Assembly: GCA_013389115.1 (NCBI GenBank)
Contig: JACADY010000066.1
Span: 17,775-81,774 of the forward strand
Reading direction: 5' to 3'
DNA: 64,000 bases
Source of the DNA: Alphaproteobacteria bacterium
GTDB lineage: Bacteria; Pseudomonadota; Alphaproteobacteria; Micropepsales; Micropepsaceae
Position numbers and translations under genes: made by a program. This document shows positions 28,840 to 36,246 of the stretch, one piece after another (the first letter of the stretch is position 1; each line of letters starts with the position of its first letter). A model generated the notes under the pieces. That model was not told where the DNA came from and ran no database searches. It worked only from the letters and a program-made list of their open reading frames with translations.

Positions 28840-28892
28840 GCGCCGCGACGCGGCCCTGTGAAGGCGGGGCGGTCCGCCCCTCAACCCTGCCC

Positions 28893-28920
28893 CTCCCCAC
28901 GAATAGGGGAGCGGTTTTTT
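28893..28920 (+). terminator. Possible intrinsic terminator after the lipoprotein gene
   Basis: CTCCCC-acgaata-GGGGAG, then CGG and TTTTTT. Short 6-bp stem, embedded in a REP-like repeat block (28861-29040). Confidence 0.4.
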
Positions 28921-29149
28921 ATGGCAACCACCTCCCCTCAGGGGAGGTCGACGCGCCCTTTAAGCGCTTCGGGAGGGGTCTTCTCGCGAAGCACGGATGG
29001 CCCGGTCCTTTGCTTTCGCGGGGATGCCGGGCGATGACGGTTGGGGGCCTCCCACCCATTAACCTTCAATCAATGCAAGTTTAGATATTGTTTTCACGCG
29101 ACCTCAAAGGGGGACGCGTAGGGTCGCACCGTTCCAGTGAGAGAGCGGC

Positions 29150-29479
29150 GTGATGTTCACCTTCTTGTTGCGTTCTGCGTTCTGGCTTTTCATCGTCGTG
29201 CTGCTGCTCCCTAAGGATCAGCGGCCGATCGCGCTGACGGGCCTGCAAATCCCGGAGACGCTCGGCGATCCGCGCCTCTTGATCGCGCAGCAAAAGCCGA
29301 TCCTGGTGCCGCCCGACAGCTTCTGCGACCGGAATTTCGATCTGTGCCTTTCCACCCTCACGGCCGTCGATGACAGCGTCGCGCTCGGCGTTGATGCCCT
29401 CGAGCAATTGGGAAGCGAGATCAAGAAGAACGATCTGCCCGAGCGGGCGGTGCAACTCGTCCGCCCACGGAGTGAATAG
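29150..29479 (+). CDS. Small membrane-anchored protein (DUF5330-like, tentative)
   Basis: 109 aa with N-terminal hydrophobic segment FTFLLRSAFWLFIVVLLLP. Family assignment is from memory only. Confidence 0.5.
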   Translation: MMFTFLLRSAFWLFIVVLLLPKDQRPIALTGLQIPETLGDPRLLIAQQKPILVPPDSFCDRNFDLCLSTLTAVDDSVALGVDALEQLGSEIKKNDLPERAVQLVRPRSE

Positions 29480-29481
29480 GC

Positions 29482-30279
29482 CTAATTCTCGTTCTTATCC
29501 TCTTCCTCTTCTTCGGCGCGCCAGGCGGTAAGCCCGGGCCTTCCCGTTCCAGATACCATGCCATAGTGCCGCGCGAGACGGTCGAGCGCGATCTGCAGCA
29601 CGACCTTGCCAGAGCGCTGCGGCCAACCAAGCCCACCTTCCGCCATTTCCAGGCCCTTGAGATGGCAACACACGGCCATGACGATGTCGCCAAGGCCCGG
29701 GCCTAGCGCCGCCATCGCCTTTTCGACCCGCCGGCGCGCGGCAAGGGCGATGAGCGGCAGCTCGGCGCGCGCGGGGCCTCTTGGACCTGCGGTCACGGGC
29801 ATGCCCCAATCGGCGGTGACACGCTGGGCGAGCGCCGCCTTCGTGAAATCCTCGCGCAGCCGCTCGCCCGCCGCGAAGGCAAGCTCGTCGATCATGGGCC
29901 GGCCATCGGGCCCTTTGCGCCGGCGCAGCCAGGCGAGCGGGGATTCGGCGGTGTTCACCTGCACTTTCCTTTGCACGCCATCGGGCGCGAGGATCTCGCG
30001 CTCCTCGATGTTTGCCTGCGCATCGGGAGCAGTGAGGCGCTCAAGATGGGCGCGGCCCTCACGCGTCAGGCGGCAGGCGCCGTCCTCACCCTTGCCGACC
30101 CAGCCGCGCGCCAGGGCGAAGGCAAGCACGGCGGGCGCCACATGCGTCGTTTCGGCATGTCCGGCGACCGCGATCACGGCCTCGCCCTCTGCCTCCCGCA
30201 CCAAGGCGCCGGGCAGAGAGAGGCGGCGCAGCAAATGGCGCAACTGACGGGCATGGGTTTCGGCGGCGGCGCGGCTCAT
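29482..30279 (-). CDS. DUF6456-like protein; candidate GafZ / GafA C-terminal-half homologue
   Basis: 265 aa. ATGA overlap with the upstream DnaA-IV-like gene. C-terminal HTH-like segment GWPQRSGKVVLQIALDRLARHYG and an acidic tail. The functional call is an inference. Confidence 0.55.
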   Translation of the reverse strand: MSRAAAETHARQLRHLLRRLSLPGALVREAEGEAVIAVAGHAETTHVAPAVLAFALARGWVGKGEDGACRLTREGRAHLERLTAPDAQANIEEREILAPDGVQRKVQVNTAESPLAWLRRRKGPDGRPMIDELAFAAGERLREDFTKAALAQRVTADWGMPVTAGPRGPARAELPLIALAARRRVEKAMAALGPGLGDIVMAVCCHLKGLEMAEGGLGWPQRSGKVVLQIALDRLARHYGMVSGTGRPGLTAWRAEEEEEDKNEN

Positions 30280-30620
30280 GTGCGGGCCAGCGCCGTAATG
30301 CCGGTGACGACGCGGGCGGCAGCCTCGATGCAGGCGATCGCCTCGTCAAAGTCGGGATCCTCGCGCGCGTCCTCGACCAGATGGCAGGCATGGGTGACGG
30401 TGGTGCGATCGCGCCTGAAGGCCTGTGCGACCTTGCTCAACGACAGGCCGAAGCCGACATGGGCGATGTACATGCCCACCTGGCGGGCAAAGGCGACGGT
30501 CGCGCCGCGCCGCGTATCGGCCCGCATCTCCTCGATGGGGACATCGAAGGCGGTGGCGGCAAGCCGCAGCGCCAGGTCGGCGCGGCGGGCTTCGGGGGAA
30601 ACGTGCAGATCAGTGGACAT
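30276..30620 (-). CDS. DnaA domain IV-only HTH protein; candidate GafY / GafA N-terminal-half homologue
   Basis: 114 aa. RRGATVAFARQVGMYIAHVGFGLSLSKVAQAFRRDRTTVTHACHLVED aligns by eye with E. coli DnaA domain IV ([39 protein letters not shown]). No AAA+ module. Confidence 0.65.
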   Translation of the reverse strand: MSTDLHVSPEARRADLALRLAATAFDVPIEEMRADTRRGATVAFARQVGMYIAHVGFGLSLSKVAQAFRRDRTTVTHACHLVEDAREDPDFDEAIACIEAAARVVTGITALART

Positions 30621-30670
30621 CGATACACCTCTTTACGAGATGCGTTAGTTTTCCATCGATCTTGTGCACA

Positions 30671-30679
30671 TGAGGATAA
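30671..30679 (-). promoter_or_regulatory. DnaA-box-like 9-mer (TTATCCTCA, 8/9 to TTATCCACA)
   Basis: Plus strand reads TGAGGATAA. It lies 51-59 nt upstream of the DnaA-IV-like gene in the divergent intergenic region. Single copy. Confidence 0.25.
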
Positions 30680-30760
30680 CTTTCCTATTATCACCCCCGC
30701 GCGGCTGAGTCGGAAAACCGGACGCGCCCGGCCAGGACCCCGCAATTTCTCGAGGAAACC

Positions 30761-31330
30761 ATGCGCAATCGAATCCGTTTTCACCGGCGCCAGCGCGGCA
30801 TGACGCTCAAGGAACTCGCGGAGCGAACGGGGACAACCCCGCAGACCATTTCGCGGCTCGAGACGGAGGTCATGACCGTGTCGGTTGATTGGCTGGAGCG
30901 GCTGGGCGAGGCGCTCGGCGTCCACCCCTCGATGCTGATCGAGGGACCGGAGGCGCCGCCCATCACCTTTGCGGGCAATGTGCTCGAAGGCGGGCTGGTG
31001 CGGCGCGGGCCGCGCGAGAGCGAGGAATTCGCCTTCGCGCTGCCGCAGGCGCCCTCGCTTGCGGTCAAGATGACGGAGACGGCGGGACCTTATCTGGCCG
31101 GGGAGACGCTTGTCTGTATACGGATTACCGGCGAGGGGCTTGGCGCGGCACTCGGGCATGACTGCCTTGTCGGGCTCGCCGATGGCCGGGCGATGCTGGC
31201 GCGGGTCATCAAGGGCAACAAGGAGAGTTTTACGCTAGTCCCGCTCAATTCAGGCGGGGGGGTGCTTTATCATCAGCGCCTGCGCTGGGCGGCGAAGGTG
31301 GCCATGCGGCTTCGCTCGGTAGCAGCGTAG
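30761..31330 (+). CDS. XRE-family HTH regulator with C-terminal S24 (LexA/CI)-like domain
   Basis: N-terminal HTH MTLKELAERTGTTPQTISRLE. The C-terminus aligns with lambda CI (GHDCLVGLADGRAMLARVIKGNKESFTLVPLN vs [31 protein letters not shown]). SD GAGG lies upstream of ATG 30761. Confidence 0.8.
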   Translation: MRNRIRFHRRQRGMTLKELAERTGTTPQTISRLETEVMTVSVDWLERLGEALGVHPSMLIEGPEAPPITFAGNVLEGGLVRRGPRESEEFAFALPQAPSLAVKMTETAGPYLAGETLVCIRITGEGLGAALGHDCLVGLADGRAMLARVIKGNKESFTLVPLNSGGGVLYHQRLRWAAKVAMRLRSVAA

Positions 31331-31409
31331 AGTCGCGCGGCGAAGCCAGGCTTTGAGGGGTGGGGGCTCTCTTCCTCCCCTTACAAAGGGAGGGAGTGGA
31401 TTTGCGCCA

Positions 31410-31451
31410 CCTCACCCTTCGAGGGCGCTGACGCGCCACCTCAGGGTGAGG
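31410..31451. repeat. REP-like element, cleanest copy
   Basis: CCTCACCCT TCGAGGGCGCTGACGCGCCACCTC AGGGTGAGG has a 9-bp outer stem and an inner GGCGC/GCGCC stem. It is preceded by a CTCCCCTT-aca-AAGGGAG type hairpin at about 31373-31396. Confidence 0.8.
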
Positions 31452-31477
31452 CAGCACAGGGAACGTGGCTCGCGGCC

Positions 31478-31888
31478 TTAGCGGCGCGAGGGTTTCGCCT
31501 TCTGGCCGAGGCCCATCTTCTTTGCGAGCGCAGAGCGGGCCTTCGAATAATTCGGGGCCACCATCGGATAGTCGGCGCCAAGCCCCCAGCGGCGGCGATA
31601 GTCGTCGGGGGTGAGGCCATAGCGGCTTTGCAGGTGACGCTTCAGCGAACGGAACTTCATCCCATCCTCAAGACAGATGATGAAGTCCGGCGTCACAGAT
31701 TTCTTCGGGTTAATGGCGGGCTTCAGCGGCTCTTCAGGTTGAACCACGACATCGCGGGTGAGTTCATTGAGGGTATTGTGAATCTCTGAAATGAGACCTG
31801 GAATGTCGGACGGGCGCAGCATGTTGTTGCCAACATAGGCGGCCACGATCTCAACCGTCAGATCCATCAGATCGTTCTGCTTTTCCAT
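31478..31888 (-). CDS. mucR: MucR/Ros family zinc-finger transcriptional regulator
   Basis: MEKQNDLMDLTVEIVAAYVGNN...PDFIICLEDGMKFRSLKRHLQSRYGLTPDDYRRRWGL...YPMVAPNYS is a near-canonical Ros/MucR sequence. Start set at ATG 31888; the track uses TTG 31897. Confidence 0.92.
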   Translation of the reverse strand: MEKQNDLMDLTVEIVAAYVGNNMLRPSDIPGLISEIHNTLNELTRDVVVQPEEPLKPAINPKKSVTPDFIICLEDGMKFRSLKRHLQSRYGLTPDDYRRRWGLGADYPMVAPNYSKARSALAKKMGLGQKAKPSRR

Positions 31889-32076
31889 GACGCTCAAACT
31901 CTTTCGATCAATCAGAGGAAGATGGGCAAACTATTCGAGTGCTATAGAAACGCAATATGCTTGATATTCGGATAATGAAGAATGGGCCGCCGTTAACCGT
32001 GATCGACGGCTTTTTGTTGGCGATATTTGTGGCAACCGCCTCTTTTTTGTCGCCAGAGTAGCAGTTATCCGACTAC

Positions 32077-32769
32077 TCAACCATTCGTGCAGGGGCAACC
32101 GCCCAGGATGCTTTCATCCAGTTTGGAAAAGTAAGCATCAAGCGCCTCGCCGATGATCTCCTGACTCGGCCGGTGCAGCGCCGCTGCAGCCAGCTTGAGG
32201 CGGATATAGCGGCTGCGTTTCAGGCGCACAGAGACATGGAACTTGCGGGCATCGGCCGCATCGCCCGGACAATCTGTACAAGGAGCCGCGGACGCCTCGG
32301 GCGCGGCCTTTTGCATGGCGGGCGATATTGGCGCGGGCGACGCTGGCGTGGGTGCGGGCGAAGCCGGCACGGGCGCACGATCACCCGCGAGCGGCACTTC
32401 TTCGATGGGTGCCGATGGCAATGGCATTTCCCCTGGCGCGGGCGCTTCCTCTTTTACGCCAAGTTCTTCCTCGATGCGCATGCCAGCAGCCTTGGCGATC
32501 CGATCACGGATCATCGTGAGGCGTTCGCTCAACGGGCCTGCAGCGGGCGCTGGCTCTGGCCTATTCGGCGCGGGCTTTGCCGTCTGTGGCCCGCGCTGTG
32601 CCTGCGCGCCTGCGACGATGGCGGGGGTGCGCGTCAGCGCATAGGCGCGCGGCGCCAGATCATCGGCGAGGGCCACCGTCGCCGCGGGATGGGCTTCGCC
32701 CTTTCGCGCAAGCAGTCCGGCAGTGAGAGCGGCAAATTTCGGCTTCGAACTCGATGCATCATCCGTCAT
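32077..32769 (-). CDS. Hypothetical protein with Pro/Ala-rich middle and C-terminal ribbon-helix-helix-like motif; partner of the ParA-like ATPase
   Basis: ATG 32769 overlaps the ParA-like stop (ATGA). C-terminus is KFHVSVRLKRSRYIRLKLAAAALHRPSQEIIGEALDAYF (beta strand then helices, RHH-like). Confidence 0.6.
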   Translation of the reverse strand: MTDDASSSKPKFAALTAGLLARKGEAHPAATVALADDLAPRAYALTRTPAIVAGAQAQRGPQTAKPAPNRPEPAPAAGPLSERLTMIRDRIAKAAGMRIEEELGVKEEAPAPGEMPLPSAPIEEVPLAGDRAPVPASPAPTPASPAPISPAMQKAAPEASAAPCTDCPGDAADARKFHVSVRLKRSRYIRLKLAAAALHRPSQEIIGEALDAYFSKLDESILGGCPCTNG

Positions 32770-33509
32770 GTAAACGCCCGACGACCAAACACGGGCGCAG
32801 AGCGCCCCAACGCATTGACATTCCTCTGCCCCTGCCCGCGCGCCGCATCGTCCATCCACGTCCCTTGCGGCGTATCAAGGCGCGCGATGCGCGAGGCCAG
32901 ATAGTCCCAGAGCTGTGCAATCTCGAGCGCGGATTTGCCGGCCGGATCGACCTCCATCACCGTGCGGCCGTCGATCATCGAGGCCGCGAAATCGAGACGG
33001 TTGTGGACGGTGACGGGTGCGACGGTGCCGTGCTGCGATAAGGCGATCGCGGCCTCCATCGTGATCTTGGCGCGCGCGGTCGCGGCGTTGACGACGAAGA
33101 CGAGCTGCTTCTTGCGCGATTCAACGATATCGACCGTGGGGCCGACAGCACGCAGATCATGCGGGCTTGGCCTTGTCGGCACGACGATCAGATCGCCGAA
33201 GCTCACCACCTCGGCAATCGCCTTGGTGACGGCGGGCGGCGTATCGATCACCACAAGGCGGATGCCTTGCGTGCGCGCCATGTCGAGGTCGTGAAAGAGA
33301 TTGGTGAAGGCGGACTGGATGAAGAAGGGCGATTCAGAGGCGCGCACATTCCACCACTTCGCCAGGCTGCCTTGCGGATCGGTGTCGATGAGGGCCACGG
33401 GACCGGCCCCCGCGCGATCGGCCTGCACCGCGACATGGCCGGCAAGGGTCGTCTTGCCCGAGCCGCCCTTCTGCGAAGCGAAAACGACGACGCGCATCTG
33501 TGGCGACAT
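32766..33509 (-). CDS. ParA/MinD-family P-loop ATPase
   Basis: Deviant Walker A SQKGGSGKTT, DTDPQGS, VVIDTPP. Confidence 0.85.
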   Translation of the reverse strand: MSPQMRVVVFASQKGGSGKTTLAGHVAVQADRAGAGPVALIDTDPQGSLAKWWNVRASESPFFIQSAFTNLFHDLDMARTQGIRLVVIDTPPAVTKAIAEVVSFGDLIVVPTRPSPHDLRAVGPTVDIVESRKKQLVFVVNAATARAKITMEAAIALSQHGTVAPVTVHNRLDFAASMIDGRTVMEVDPAGKSALEIAQLWDYLASRIARLDTPQGTWMDDAARGQGQRNVNALGRSAPVFGRRAFT

Positions 33510-33607
33510 GGCCCTTCAACCTTCCCTTTGGCATGAGACGGGAAGCAGGCAGCCTCCACGCCACGCATTGAGCGTACCGAAAACGGCTTTAATGGCGGGT
33601 AAAAGCG

Positions 33608-34675
33608 TTAAGCCGCCTGCGGGCGCGACTGCCTGTCCCAATACTGAACGGTCAATTGCGCCTGGTCGCGGCCAATCAGGTCATAGACATGGGCGACATG
33701 CTCAAGATGGCCAGTCGGCCTTGCCCGGCCAAAGCGCTTATAGTCGGTCAAGAGCACGAGCGAAGTGAACTCGGTACGGTTGGCGCCGATGGCGCGGGCC
33801 GCGATGGCCAAGGCTTCGCCGCCCGAGTCCTGCAGGATCTTTTTGGCCGTCGCGCGGGTCGTCTGCAGCAGGGCGGAGAAATTCTGCATGAACACGGACA
33901 TTTCGCCAGCGCGCAGGGACTTTAATAGTTCGTTTACGGAAGATCCGCGGGGTGGCGGCAGGCGCCGGCGATGCGCCGCTTCATCGGCCGCGATGGAGCC
34001 CAAGGTTTCGTCGAGCAGCTTCTCCGTCATGGGAAAGCGCTCAAGAATGTTGCGGCGCAAGGCGGCGGACACCCACCAGAACATCGCCTGGGCCGCCTCG
34101 CCCGGCAGATCCTCACGCAGCAGCAACGGGCGGCGCAAGGCCTCATTGCCCTCGCTGCGCGCGGCGAGCACGGCAAGGACGGCGGCGCCGGGATGGGCGG
34201 ACAGATTCTGAACGAGCGCAAGGTCTACCGATGGCTCCTGCGCCTCGATGAGCGCACTGCAAACGGTGGCCGGAATGTTGCGGCGCGCGGCAATCGTCTC
34301 ACGGTGCGCGGTTTCGCCCGCGCGAATGACCGCAATCAGATCCTCCTCGCGCAGGGCCTCGCTGTTCAAGAGCAAGGGGCGCGCAACCTCAATGTCATCG
34401 CAGGCGAGATGGCGCAATAGACCTTCGGGAACATCCTTCCTGCCGGCCATGCGCGCGGCAAGTTCGGCCCGGATCTTCGTTTCCACCTCGCTCACCAGCG
34501 TGAGCAAAATTTCATCGAGCAGATGCTTGACGGTAGGCGCCAATTGACCGGCAGGCCCAAGCGCGAGCTCGCCCATCTGCGTGAACAGATCCTGGCGCGC
34601 GCCGGCATTCCTTTGGCGCGCGAGGCGCTGCAAAGCCGCCAGTTCAGCCTCATCGAGCTTCAATGCCGCGGACAT
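33608..34675 (-). CDS. DUF2336 domain protein (paralog 2)
   Basis: Start set at ATG 34675 behind GAGGAGAGG. ...DDIEVARPLLLNSEALREEDLIAVI... parallels paralog 1. Confidence 0.7.
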   Translation of the reverse strand: MSAALKLDEAELAALQRLARQRNAGARQDLFTQMGELALGPAGQLAPTVKHLLDEILLTLVSEVETKIRAELAARMAGRKDVPEGLLRHLACDDIEVARPLLLNSEALREEDLIAVIRAGETAHRETIAARRNIPATVCSALIEAQEPSVDLALVQNLSAHPGAAVLAVLAARSEGNEALRRPLLLREDLPGEAAQAMFWWVSAALRRNILERFPMTEKLLDETLGSIAADEAAHRRRLPPPRGSSVNELLKSLRAGEMSVFMQNFSALLQTTRATAKKILQDSGGEALAIAARAIGANRTEFTSLVLLTDYKRFGRARPTGHLEHVAHVYDLIGRDQAQLTVQYWDRQSRPQAA

Positions 34676-34815
34676 GCCTCTCCTCGCCTTCAGCGACAAA
34701 TTCGCATGCGGGCCGCGCCCTTCGCGATTACACCAGTGTCATCCGCATATGGCTGCCGCTGTGGCGACAACTATGCTAGGGTAAAGTTTAAAGAAAACTT
34801 TCAGCGAGTAGACCC

Positions 34816-35112
34816 ATGCGCTTACACCTTGGCCTTGCGGCGGCCTTGTTCCTGTCCGCGTGTTCAACCGGCACCGATCCGGCGCTCAGCGAGGACCCAG
34901 CCTATCAGCTTGGCTATGGCGATGGCTGCACCACGGCGCAGGTAATCGCGCAAGGCGGAGCGAAGGCCGTGCGGCGCAATCCGGACTATGCCGGTTCAGA
35001 CGCCTACAAGGCGGGCTGGGGCGCCGGCTATGGCGCCTGCGGCGGCACTCAGGAATCCTTGCGCCGGCCCGGCGATATCCGCCAGGACGATGTCGGCGGA
35101 CCGATGCGCTGA
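34816..35112 (+). CDS. Small lipoprotein
   Basis: Lipobox FLSAC after MRLHLGLAAALFLSAC. Gly/Tyr-rich, 98 aa. Confidence 0.6.
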   Translation: MRLHLGLAAALFLSACSTGTDPALSEDPAYQLGYGDGCTTAQVIAQGGAKAVRRNPDYAGSDAYKAGWGAGYGACGGTQESLRRPGDIRQDDVGGPMR

Positions 35113-35148
35113 GACTTACAGGCGATCACGAATTCATCGGGGGGAGAC

Positions 35149-35415
35149 ATGTTTCGCGCCATCAGCAGCCTCATGCTCATGTTCGTCATTGCGCCGCTCG
35201 GCGCGATTTACTACGTGTACGGAGAGATCGAGCCCTGCCGGGTGCTGGCCAAGGAATATACGTATCGCGACCTGCGCGAGGGCAGCGTGCTCGACATGAT
35301 CGGTGTCGATATCGAAAAGCTGCACAGGATTGAGACCAGCCAATACAGCTCCAGCGAATGCGCCGGCAAACTTGTCGATGCATGGGTCGAGCGGCTGGGA
35401 GGGAATGGCGAATAG
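35149..35415 (+). CDS. Small membrane-anchored hypothetical protein
   Basis: 88 aa with an N-terminal TM (ISSLMLMFVIAPLGAIYYVY). Ends 3 nt before the next gene. Confidence 0.5.
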   Translation: MFRAISSLMLMFVIAPLGAIYYVYGEIEPCRVLAKEYTYRDLREGSVLDMIGVDIEKLHRIETSQYSSSECAGKLVDAWVERLGGNGE

Positions 35416-35418
35416 AAG

Positions 35419-36246
35419 ATGGCGCGCGTGAAGCCCGCGGATGACCTCAGCGAAGTCAAGACACTCTGGCCGGGAGAATCGGATGGCCTGCTCAAAGAGT
35501 TGCACATCCTCACCCGCGACGGGCGGCTCAATCAGGATTCTCGGCGCAAGCTGAAGCAGGTGCTGCACCTCGTTCAGCTGTTGCGCCCGGCGGTCGAGGA
35601 TCTGCTTTCCCGCCACGAGGAACCCGTCATCGCCGATCTCGGGGCGGGCAAGTCCTATCTCGGCTTCATCCTCTATGACATCCTGCTGCGCCAGGCCGCG
35701 CGCGGACGGCTTATCGGCATCGAAACCCGGCCCGCGCTGAGCGCGCATTCCGAGGCCCTCGCGCAATCGTTCGGCTTTGCGCGCACCTCCTTCATCACCG
35801 CGCCCATCGCGGAAGCGCGCGTTGCGGGGCCTGTGCATCTCGTCACGGCGCTTCATGCCTGCGATACCGCGACGGACGATGCCATCGCCTTTGCGCTTGC
35901 CCATCAGGCGGCCTATATCGCGCTTGTGCCTTGCTGTCAGGCGGAGCTGGCGCGGGCGCTGGAGGGGCACGGCGATCATCCGCTCTATCAGCTATGGCGC
36001 CATCCCTTGCACCGGCGGGAATGCGCAAGCCACCTCACCAATGTGCTGCGCGGGCTGTGGCTTGAGACGCATGGCTACAAGATCCGCGTGACCGAGCTCA
36101 CCTGCCTTGAGCATTCGATGAAGAACGAGCTCATCCTTGCCGAGAAGGTCCAGCAGCGTAACGGGCTTGCCGAGCGGGCGCTCGGCGCGCTCCTCGCGCA
36201 ATTGCCGGCGCGGCCCCAATTCCTTCAGGCGTTCACGGCGGGTTGA
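35419..36246 (+). CDS. SAM-dependent methyltransferase
   Basis: Motif I VIADLGAGKSYLG; 275 aa. The 3' end overlaps the convergent antiporter gene by 22 nt. Confidence 0.75.
   Translation: MARVKPADDLSEVKTLWPGESDGLLKELHILTRDGRLNQDSRRKLKQVLHLVQLLRPAVEDLLSRHEEPVIADLGAGKSYLGFILYDILLRQAARGRLIGIETRPALSAHSEALAQSFGFARTSFITAPIAEARVAGPVHLVTALHACDTATDDAIAFALAHQAAYIALVPCCQAELARALEGHGDHPLYQLWRHPLHRRECASHLTNVLRGLWLETHGYKIRVTELTCLEHSMKNELILAEKVQQRNGLAERALGALLAQLPARPQFLQAFTAG

Noticed and set aside
30621-30760. Alphaproteobacterial LexA box (GTTC-N7-GTTC / GAAC-N7-GAAC) in the XRE / GafY-like spacer.
   Set aside because: No such motif is present in the spacer, so no direct SOS-box link can be claimed.
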